From Acidimicrobiia bacterium (GTDB lineage: Bacteria; Actinomycetota; Acidimicrobiia; IMCC26256; PALSA-610), in the NCBI GenBank assembly GCA_038202885.1, contig JBBREP010000005.1:15144-79143 (forward strand): a stretch of 64,000 nucleotides of DNA, in the 5' to 3' direction. The notes beneath the pieces are model-generated. The model was not told where the DNA came from. It worked only from the letters and a program-made list of their open reading frames with translations, and searched no databases. Of the stretch, positions 37,453-47,600 are shown in pieces. The stretch's first letter is position 1. Each line of letters starts with the position of its first letter. A program made the position numbers and the translations under genes.

Positions 37453-38067
37453 GTGGCGCTCGGTGCTGCGGTACTCGCGGCGTGCGGCTCGAGCTCCAAG
37501 AAGCCGGCTGCGACGACTGGTGGTGGTGGCGGCGCCACGACGACCGCGCCAGCAACGGGTGCGGACCAAGATCTGCAGATCGCCGCGCTCGCAACCGCGC
37601 TCGAGAACCTCGCGGTCGCCACGTATCAGGCCGGGATCGACGCTGCGAGCGCCGGCAAGCTTGGGACAGTGCCACCAGCAGTGGTCACGTTCGCAACAAC
37701 GGCGCAACAGCAGCACAACGATCACGCCTCGGCATGGAATGCCATCCTCGTCAGCGCCGGAATGCCCAAGGTGACCGGCGTCGATATGACCGTGAAGACC
37801 GCAGTGATCGATCCAGCGTTCAAGAACCTCACCGATGTCGGCGGCCTCGCAACGCTCGCCTTGCAGCTCGAAGAAGTCGCGGCGGCGACATACCTCGAGA
37901 GCATCGATCTGATCAAGGCCAAGGCCGGTATTCAGACATCGGCCTCGATCCATCCCGTCGAACTGCAGCACGCGACCATCCTCAACTTCATTCTCGGCAA
38001 GTACCCCGTGCCGCGCAGTTTCTCCACCACCGACGGCGCACGCGGCCTCACCGACCGCATCGCCTGA
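37453..38067 (+). CDS. Ferritin-like lipoprotein, probably 5'-truncated
   Basis: LENLAVATY, QHNDHA, LEEVAAATY and VELQHA diiron-type E/H pattern. Lipobox LAAC is present but has no n-region or RBS. Confidence 0.75.
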   Translation: MALGAAVLAACGSSSKKPAATTGGGGGATTTAPATGADQDLQIAALATALENLAVATYQAGIDAASAGKLGTVPPAVVTFATTAQQQHNDHASAWNAILVSAGMPKVTGVDMTVKTAVIDPAFKNLTDVGGLATLALQLEEVAAATYLESIDLIKAKAGIQTSASIHPVELQHATILNFILGKYPVPRSFSTTDGARGLTDRIA

Positions 38068-38080
38068 ACAACGCTGCTGG

Positions 38081-38491
38081 TCAACCCGCAGGCAGCACCG
38101 TGGTGGTCGTCGATGTCGTCGTCGTCGTGGTGGTCGATGGCGCCAACGTCGTGGGCGCGGTCGTGCGTGGCGACGACGTCGTGGGCGCGGCAGTGGTGCG
38201 CGTGGATTTCTGTGTGGTCGACGAACCTCGCTTCGAGGTCGTGGTGCGCGGCGGCGCGGTCGCGGTAGTCGTCGACTGGTCGCGGGCGCTCGTCGTCGCG
38301 GTCGTCGTCGACGGGTTGGGAACGACAGCCACGTGCACGGTTGGCACCCGCGGCCCGGGTTCGGTCCGTACCCCGAGGTACAGCAGACCCAGACCGACGA
38401 ACGCAACGAGCATCAGCAGCGTCGACCGTCGCATCCCGAGCCGAGCATGGATGGGGCGACCGAGCCAGTCGTACGGCCGAACCGCGCTCAC
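38081..38491 (-). CDS. Single-TM protein with Thr/Ser-rich tail
   Basis: GTG overlaps the mscS stop; RRSTLLMLVAFVGLGLLYL TM segment followed by poly-Thr. Confidence 0.7.
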   Translation of the reverse strand: MSAVRPYDWLGRPIHARLGMRRSTLLMLVAFVGLGLLYLGVRTEPGPRVPTVHVAVVPNPSTTTATTSARDQSTTTATAPPRTTTSKRGSSTTQKSTRTTAAPTTSSPRTTAPTTLAPSTTTTTTTSTTTTVLPAG

Positions 38492-39363
38492 ATGGTTCCT
38501 TGCACGGTCGGCATGATCGGCGGCGACTTGATCCCGGATGCGGTCAACGCTGTCGCGCACCGCAACCGAAGCTCGCGTGCGACGTCGAACTGGCGCCCCG
38601 GCAAGGTGCGCGCCACGACGCGGAGCCGGACCAAACCGACCTCATAGGTTTCCACGCCCGCCACGACGGGATCGCCGAGCACCATGACGCGCCACGTGGC
38701 TTCGTCCGCCATGGCTTGCGCGGCCGCACGCAGCACGCGAGTTGCCGCGTCGAGGTCTTCGCCGACCGATACCGGCACATCGACGACGGCGCGAGACCAC
38801 TCCTTCGACAAGTTCGTCACCTGGCGCAACGCGCCGTTCGGCACCATGACGACTTCGCCCTGCGCAGTGCGGATCTTCGTGATCCGCAGCGTCAGCTCCT
38901 CCACGGTGCCGGTCACACCACTCAACTGTCCGGGTTGCGACAGCCGGATGACATCGCCGAAGCCGAATTGATGTTCCGCGAACAAAAAGAATCCCGCGAG
39001 CAGGTCGCCCACCACCTGTTGGGCGCCGAATCCAATGGCCACGCCAGCGACGGTGGCCGGCGCGAGCAACGTCGCGAACGGCACGCCGAGCGCGTGGGTC
39101 GCGAGCGCCCCGGCCACAACGAACACCACGGCCACGAACGTCCAATCAAGCGCCTGCACCAGCGCCCGTGCGTGCTTGGCGCGCTCCGACGCAACGTCAC
39201 CTTCATCGATCGCGTGTCGGATGCGGACTTCGATCGCGCTCTCGTAGCGCGCCGCGACCCAGCGCGCCAAGCGCACGAGCAACATTGCGCCGAGCATGAT
39301 CAACACGAAGGGAAGGAAGGCGTTGCGCAGCCAATCCCCCACCGTCGTGAATGCGATGATCAT
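38488..39363 (-). CDS. Small-conductance mechanosensitive channel (MscS family)
   Basis: AIGFGAQ.VV.D.LAG, QFGFGD.I, G.VEE..LR.T..R and VPNG. Confidence 0.9.
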   Translation of the reverse strand: MIIAFTTVGDWLRNAFLPFVLIMLGAMLLVRLARWVAARYESAIEVRIRHAIDEGDVASERAKHARALVQALDWTFVAVVFVVAGALATHALGVPFATLLAPATVAGVAIGFGAQQVVGDLLAGFFLFAEHQFGFGDVIRLSQPGQLSGVTGTVEELTLRITKIRTAQGEVVMVPNGALRQVTNLSKEWSRAVVDVPVSVGEDLDAATRVLRAAAQAMADEATWRVMVLGDPVVAGVETYEVGLVRLRVVARTLPGRQFDVARELRLRCATALTASGIKSPPIMPTVQGTM

Positions 39364-39476
39364 CACTTCTCCACGCAGCAGTCCCGGCAACAGGACGATA
39401 CTAGCAGGCGGGTACCGGAAATAGATTGCTAGTGTCGGCGCATCCCGCGACGGGCCGCCGTTCGTACACTGAGCGC

Positions 39477-40496
<1,020 letters not shown>

Positions 40497-40547
40497 TGGC
40501 GTCGCCCGCCGCCCCCGGGCTGACCGTGGGTTGCATAACCTCGGCAT

Positions 40548-42599
40548 GTGCCTACACCTGATTCCCGACCCTCGGATCTGCGACTGCGTGTCCTCGACGG
40601 GCGCTTCGACTACGCGGACGGCGCCGAAGACGTCGTCCTCAAGACGCTCGCGGAGGCCACGGATGTCTCGAGTGGTTCCGACGAACTCGCCGCGCACATC
40701 GTCGACTGGCCGACGCAATATCACTTCTCGCGATTGCGTGCGAACGTCGTTCGACCGCTGCTGTTGGGTCCACAACACCGCGTGCTGGATGTCGGCGCGG
40801 GCACCGGTGCCATCGCCCGGTATGTCGGCGAACAAGGGGCTCGGGTCGTTGCGCTCGAAGGATCCCTGAGTCGCGCCACCGCGTGTGCGACGAGATGTCG
40901 TGATCTCGATAACGTCGAGACGATTGCCGGCTCGCTCGAGGCGTTCACGGCATCCGAAGGCGACGCGTTCGAACCGTTCGATGTCGTGCTGTGCATCGGC
41001 GTACTCGAATACAACGCCGGCCCTCGCGGCGAAGCGACCGCCATCGAGTTCCTACGCTCGCTGGTACGGATCCTGCGTCCCGGTGGCTCGCTCGTCGTGG
41101 CAATCGAGAATCAACTCGGTCTGAAATATCTGCTCGGCTACGCCGAGGATCATCATCCCCTCCCCTACCTCGGCATCGAGGGTTATCCGGCGGTCACGGG
41201 TGCGCGCACGTTTTCGCGCCAGCGCCTCGGCGAGCTCCTCGAGGCCGTCGGCATGACCGAGCAACGATGGCTGTTCCCGTTCCCCGACTACAAACACCCG
41301 CGCGCAATTCTCGATCGCGCGGCGTACGCACAAGACGACGTCGTCGAGTTCGTCGATGGCATCGTGCGCTGGCCGGTGTCGGGGGCGGCGTCGGCACGCT
41401 TGCGGATGGCCGACGACCGACGAGCACATCGCGAACTGCTTGCGGCCGGGCTCGGACCCGACGTATCGAATTCGTTCCTCGTGGTGTCTACCGCGCCGGA
41501 CCGCCAAGGCGCCACCGCAGCACCACTGCTCGAGCCTGAGTTCGTGGCGCAGCACTATTCGGGAGAACGGCTCCGTCGATGGATGCGCCAGTCTCGGATC
41601 ACGAGCGCGCCCGGTGCCGGACTGCGGGTCACCAGTTCGTCGGTGTTCGGCGAGCCAGGCGTCGGTGCGGCCGAGCGCCGCACGGGCGACGCGATCACCC
41701 AGCAGCCGATCGCGGCCCGCCCCTTCGTATTCGGAACGACCGTGGAACAGTCCATGCTCGACGCGTGCGCGAACGACGACATCGACCGTGCCACGAGTCT
41801 GCTGCGCTCGTGGCACGCAACCATCACACAGGACGCGCGCGCCGTCGAGCCCGGAGCTGTCGATGCCGCGGGACTGTTTCGCGACGCGAGCACCACGAGC
41901 GTGCTCGCGCCCGTCGCGCTTGACTCGGGCCTGCCGAACTTCGTCGCGAGTGGCGCATCGCTCGTCTCAGTCGATGACGAGTGGGAAGGTCACGGCGGCG
42001 TCGACGCTCGCCTCGTGGTGCTGCGAGCGCTCTGGGCATTTGCGTCCGAGGTCGTCCTGTGCGGCGTGCGGCATCCGTGGTCGTCGTGTGCGGACGTCGA
42101 TGCGCTCGCCGTGGCTCTCGGCCACGCGGCTGGCCTCGACGTGGGCGCGGACGACCTCGAACGCTTCCGCGACGGGGAGGCGACACTGCTCGAGTTGGTG
42201 CACGGAACGCCGCGTTCGCAGGCATTGGCGAACCTCGAGCGCATTGGCCAGCTCGGGCGTTCGAGCGCCGAGCTACCGGGAGAGAACCCCTTCACCACGA
42301 TCATTGTGCGGGTACGCGAGCTCGAGCATGACGTCGCCCGTCTGCAACCACTCGAAGTCGAAGTGGTCGCCCAACGTGAGTACACGACTCGGCTCGAACA
42401 CGACCTCGCCGAACGCGCGTCGTCGGCGGCCGCCGCGCACGCCGAACTCGATGCAACCCGCGCCCAGCTGAACGCGACGAAGGCCGAGGTCGACGCTTGG
42501 GCCGCGCGCTGGAAGGCGTGGGAGCGGCGCGACCCGCTCCTGTGGCTCGCGCCGCGGGCCAAGGTCATCGCCCGGCGAGTTCGGGGCCCCAAGCAGTAG
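40548..42599 (+). CDS. Class I SAM methyltransferase with kinase-like middle region and C-terminal coiled coil
   Basis: VLDVGAGTG, GVLEY and IENQLGLKY..G..EDH; then LDSGLPNF...VDDEW; heptad-rich tail. TAACCT lies 6 nt before the GTG. Confidence 0.8.
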   Translation: MPTPDSRPSDLRLRVLDGRFDYADGAEDVVLKTLAEATDVSSGSDELAAHIVDWPTQYHFSRLRANVVRPLLLGPQHRVLDVGAGTGAIARYVGEQGARVVALEGSLSRATACATRCRDLDNVETIAGSLEAFTASEGDAFEPFDVVLCIGVLEYNAGPRGEATAIEFLRSLVRILRPGGSLVVAIENQLGLKYLLGYAEDHHPLPYLGIEGYPAVTGARTFSRQRLGELLEAVGMTEQRWLFPFPDYKHPRAILDRAAYAQDDVVEFVDGIVRWPVSGAASARLRMADDRRAHRELLAAGLGPDVSNSFLVVSTAPDRQGATAAPLLEPEFVAQHYSGERLRRWMRQSRITSAPGAGLRVTSSSVFGEPGVGAAERRTGDAITQQPIAARPFVFGTTVEQSMLDACANDDIDRATSLLRSWHATITQDARAVEPGAVDAAGLFRDASTTSVLAPVALDSGLPNFVASGASLVSVDDEWEGHGGVDARLVVLRALWAFASEVVLCGVRHPWSSCADVDALAVALGHAAGLDVGADDLERFRDGEATLLELVHGTPRSQALANLERIGQLGRSSAELPGENPFTTIIVRVRELEHDVARLQPLEVEVVAQREYTTRLEHDLAERASSAAAAHAELDATRAQLNATKAEVDAWAARWKAWERRDPLLWLAPRAKVIARRVRGPKQ

Positions 42600-42725
42600 C
42601 CCCAAGCGGTAGTGCGGCCGAGGGATCCCCGCCCCTGGCACGACGATGCGCGAGCGCCGCAACCTGCACCGGCTGGCCGGCCGGTACCTTGTTTGTCCCA
42701 TGTCTACATTTCGGCGTCGCACACG

Positions 42726-44507
42726 GTGACCCTCGACGCCGGTGCACAACCCCGCGAGCTCTATCGCTGGCAGCTCGACGCGCTCATCAGTTGGCTGCGC
42801 TGCGGCCGCCGCGGCGTGATCGAGGCCGTCACCGGTTCGGGCAAGACCGACGTCGCGATCGCGGCCGCATCCGACGCGCTGCGCCGCGGGCGCTTCGTGC
42901 TCGTGGTCGTACCGTCTCGTGTGCTCATGGAGCAGTGGCATTCCCGGCTGACGCTGGCGATACCCGATGCCCGCATCGGCCGGTTGGGTGATAGCGGCAA
43001 GGACCACCCGAGCGCGTGCGACGTGCTCATCGCAACCCGTCACTCGGCCGCGGCGTACAAGCCACTACCCCCCGGCGACGGTGGTGGTCTGCTCATCGTC
43101 GACGAGTGTCACGGCCTGGGCGGCGGGATCCTGCGCCGAGCGCTCCTCAACCAATACGAGGAACGCCTCGGACTGACCGCCACGCTGGAACGCACCGATG
43201 ACGCCGTCGCTGATCTGTTGTTGCCGTTCTTCGGCGGGATCTGCCATCGTTACGGGTTCGAACATGCCATTGCCGACGGCGTCTGCGCGCGGCCTCGGGT
43301 GGCGTTCGTCGGCGTGGCACTGTCGGTTGAGGAGCGCGCCGAATACGTCGCCACCGAGCAACAGCTCGTCTCCGCACGCAACCATTTGCGACAGGTCCAT
43401 GGAGTACCGCTGGAACCATTCGGCGACTTCCTCGCCGCGGTAGCGCATCTCGCCGAACACGACGCCGGCGCTGACGGGCGCGCCGCGCGCGAATACCTCG
43501 ACGCGTTTTCGAAGCGTCGCCAGATCGTTGCGCAAAGCAGCGGCAAGTACGAGCTGCTCGGCGACCTTGCCCCGGCCATCAGGGATGCCGACGGTGCCTT
43601 GGTGTTCACCGAAACGGTGCGCGCCGCGAACCACGCAATCAACCGACTCGATCCGCTCGTGTCGATCGATCTGATCACCGGGTCGACCGCGCGTCGCCAA
43701 CGGCGCGACATCCTCGCCGACCTGCGGGTGCGCAAGCTCGACGCGGTCGCCGCACCGAGGGTGCTCGACGAAGGAATCGACGTGCCCGACGCCAACCTCG
43801 GCATCGTCATGAGTGCGAGCCGCACCCGGCGCCAGATGATCCAACGCATGGGCCGGATCCTGCGGCGCAAACGCCCAGGGGTCGCGGCCCGATTCGTCAT
43901 CATGTTCGCCATGGATACCCTCGAAGACCCGGCCAACCGGGTCGAGCGGGACGGATTCCTCGACGAGATCGAACGCATCTCCGAAGCGGCGGGAGTGTTC
44001 GACAGTGAACGTTTCGTCGAGGTCGAGACTTTCCTCGCCGCTCCCGGGCCGACCGTCGTCCCAGAACCGGAACGGCTCGAGCGCTACGAACGCGCCGCGT
44101 TGGCTGCGGGCATCGCGCCCGGCGGCGCCGTCGATGACGCGACGATCGAAACGTTGGCTCGCGATCTCGGCATCGAAGTGGCCTATGCCTTTTTGAGCTT
44201 CGCCCGTCGGGATCCGCAGCTTGGCGAAACCCGCGACGCCGCGATCGGTCTCCTCGGCGACCGCCTTCGCCGACCGCGGCCCGACGCGACGATGCCGTAC
44301 CTCGACGTCGAACTTGCGACGATGCCTCGTGTCACGACGCCGAGGGTCGAGCCCCGTCGATTGTCGACCGGGCGGGCGCCGCTCGAGATCGCACAAATCG
44401 GCACCTCCTGGCAGATCAGTTGTACTGGCTGCGGCGAAGCATCCCCGCTCGTCCAGTTTCGTTGGCAGGTACTCGATCAGACCGTCGCGTGCCGCTGCGA
44501 CGCATGA
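42726..44507 (+). CDS. SF2 DEAD/DEAH helicase (XPB/Rad25-like) with C-terminal Cys cluster
   Basis: YRWQ, VTGSGKT, DECH, TAT, LDEGIDVP and QRMGRILR; tail has CTGC...CRC. The start is uncertain (ORF open from 42612). Confidence 0.88.
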   Translation: MTLDAGAQPRELYRWQLDALISWLRCGRRGVIEAVTGSGKTDVAIAAASDALRRGRFVLVVVPSRVLMEQWHSRLTLAIPDARIGRLGDSGKDHPSACDVLIATRHSAAAYKPLPPGDGGGLLIVDECHGLGGGILRRALLNQYEERLGLTATLERTDDAVADLLLPFFGGICHRYGFEHAIADGVCARPRVAFVGVALSVEERAEYVATEQQLVSARNHLRQVHGVPLEPFGDFLAAVAHLAEHDAGADGRAAREYLDAFSKRRQIVAQSSGKYELLGDLAPAIRDADGALVFTETVRAANHAINRLDPLVSIDLITGSTARRQRRDILADLRVRKLDAVAAPRVLDEGIDVPDANLGIVMSASRTRRQMIQRMGRILRRKRPGVAARFVIMFAMDTLEDPANRVERDGFLDEIERISEAAGVFDSERFVEVETFLAAPGPTVVPEPERLERYERAALAAGIAPGGAVDDATIETLARDLGIEVAYAFLSFARRDPQLGETRDAAIGLLGDRLRRPRPDATMPYLDVELATMPRVTTPRVEPRRLSTGRAPLEIAQIGTSWQISCTGCGEASPLVQFRWQVLDQTVACRCDA

Positions 44508-44698
44508 GCTAAACGCCAACACATCGCGGCGATACGTCGCGCCAAAACGTCGGGCGACGTAGGCCGAACGGACCACTCAGATCGGCCGAGCGGCAACAGG
44601 CGTCACATTTGGCGTCACCAGCGAACCCAGGGCTTCTCCTTGCCGACCCCTTTCGGTGACAATCCCGACCAGTCCTTTGCGTACCGGGTGGAGCCTCC

Positions 44699-47600
44699 AT
44701 GTCACGTTCTGTCAGTCGTGCAGCCTCGGCTGCCCTTGCGCTGTCGCTGTGCGCCGCCGCGATCTCATCGCTGCCTGCGACGCCGGCGAGCGCCGCAGCG
44801 CCGTCGACCCCGTCGCCGGCCACAATCCACACGGGCGCGAGCACTGCCGACGCGGCGCCGTCGTGTTGGGCGATCAAGCAGTCGTTCCCGGCCAGCGCCG
44901 ACGGTGTCTACTGGCTCCAGACGCCGACGCTCATCGCGCCGCAGCAGTTCTACTGCGACATGACGACCCAAGGTGGCGGTTGGGTCATGGTGGGACGCGG
45001 ACGCGAGGGTTGGACGTTCAACTGGCGTGGCCAATCGAACGTCACCTCGCTGCGCACCACCGTCGCGGGCACCGGAGCATTCGCGCCGGCGGCACTGCCG
45101 ACCACGACGATCGACGGACTCCTCGACGGTGGCCGCGTCGACGCGCTCGCTGACGGCGTGCGCATCCGGCGGGCGACGAACAGCTCGGGTACGAATTACC
45201 AAGAGATGCGGTTCAACTATCTCAACCTCGACGGTTGGAGCTGGGATCTCTACGGCGGCATCCCGTTGAAGTCGATCTCGTTCGACGGAGCCACCACGAA
45301 CTTTTCGAGTTACAGCCGCTGTTCGACGGCAACGACCTGCGAGGTCAACCTCGACAATGGCCTTCGCCGCGTCGGGACCAAGTTGACGTCGTCGCACAAC
45401 AACAAGCAGGGATTCGCGTACGGCGACAACATCAGCGGGTCCAACAGCTCGTCGTCGTACCTGTGGACCTATACGAACGAACGCAGCGCGCTGCCGTTTG
45501 CGCAGGTGTTCCTCCGCCCGATGCTCGGTGACGCCAACGTCGACTTCGCCACGATCACGAACGCCGGCACCGCCGTGCAGGCGCTGCGCCCGCTCCCCGT
45601 GTCGACACCGCAGATCATGCAGTGGGGCGTCACCGACGTATCGAAGCCGGCGACCGACCCCGACCCGAAGAACGACTCGCCCGTCCTCGCCCTTGCGCAG
45701 GTCGGCAACACGATGTTCGTAGGCGGGAAGTTCCAGAACGTGCAGCACGGCGCCGGCGGGGCGAAGACGTCGCAACCGTGGTTGGCCGCGTTCGACGTAG
45801 AGACCGGTGCGTGGATCAACACGTTCCGTCCGAGCCTGGATGGCGCGGTCTGGGACCTGCGCGCATCGCCCGACGGCAAGTTGTTCGTCGCCGGCAACTT
45901 CACGAGCATCAACGGCGCACCAAACACGGCCGGGCTCGCCAAGATCGACCCGGCGACCGGCAACCCTGTGTCCGGCTGGACGGCCTTCGTGAGCAGTCCG
46001 CGCTACAACACGCCGCGCGCCCATGCGCGAGCGCTCGACATCCAGGGCAACTGGCTCTACCTCGGCGGCAGTTTCAACACCGTCACCGGCGGTCCGAGCT
46101 TGACCTCGCGTTCCACCGGTGGGGTCGCACGGGTGTCACTCACCGACGGCACACCCGACGCCACGTGGAAGGGCTATTACGACAACACCGTCATGGACAT
46201 CTCCGCGAGTCCCGACGGTACGCGCGTCTACGTGGTCGGCTTTTTCAAGAACATGGGTACGACATCGGCATTCGGCACGCCACGCGACGCGGTCGCTGTC
46301 GTTGATGCCGTCTCGGGGGCGGCCATCCCGGGCATGAAGCAATACGTACCGAGCGCGGCCGATCCGACCCGCCATTACCAGCAGACGATCATGGAGTACC
46401 AGGGATCAGTATTCCTGGGCGGCTCCGAACACGATTTCCAGAAGTACACACGCTCCGACCTCTCGCTCGTGCGCGGCAACGTCACCGAACACGGTGGCGA
46501 CTTTCAGGCCGTCGCAGCCAAAGACGGCGTCGTGTACGGCTCGTGCCACTGCTACCAAGGCACCTACGCCGACACCTACTCGTGGCCGCCAACCTCGAAC
46601 TACGGCCGCGTCGACAACTCGCTGTGGACGAACGCGTACGACGCCACCACGTTCGACAAGATCCCTGACTTCGACCCCCAGTGGGGTGTAAATACGGGTA
46701 CTGGTGAAGGCATCTGGGAGCTGACGTTCGACTCCGACGGATGCTTGTGGGCCGGTGGCGACCTGATCCGCGGTGGCTATAGCGGTTCGACGCCGAACTG
46801 GCTCGGTGGTTTCGCGCGCTTCTGTCAGCGCGATGTCACGCCGCCGACGTCGCCGACCAACTTGCGCACGACTGTCAGCGGAGCGACGACGAACCTCCAG
46901 TGGGCCGCGAGCACCGAGAACACCGGCGGTGCGATCAAGTACGAGATCCTGCGTGACGACCGTGTCGTCGCCGTCCAGGGTGCGCGCACATTCGCGCTTC
47001 CCGACACGAACTATGGGCGCTGGTTCGTGCGCGCGATCGACGCAACTGGCAACCGCAGTGCGAGCACCGAGGTACTGACGGTTGGCACCAAGCCCACCTA
47101 CCCACAACTCGTCGCGTCCACGCCGCAGGTCCGCGGCCACTGGCGCCTCGGTGAGTCGGCCACGAACCAGGCCGCGGCGAACGCCGTCGGCGCCGACACC
47201 GGCACGTACTCGGGCAACGTCACCGTCGGCGCGCCCGGTGTGATCACCGACGCCACCAACACTGCGGCGACATTCGCGGGCAGCGATGGTGTCGTCACCA
47301 TCCCGAGCTCCGCGACCCTGTCGCCCACGACGGCCACCTCGCTCGAGGCATGGGTCGACGTCGCCGATACAGCCGGCGCGCGCGACATCGTCGGCAAACT
47401 GGGCACGATGGCACTGCGGATGAACGGCGCGTTTTCCTTCAGCGTCAGTACCGGCAACGGCACGTTTACCGCAACAGCACCGTCGTCGGTGACGACCGGG
47501 CGCCACCACCTCGTGGGCACCTACGACGGCGCATCGGTTCGGCTGTACGACTCCGGTGCGTTGGTCGCGAGCGCGCTCGCAACCGGCACCCTCGTCAACT

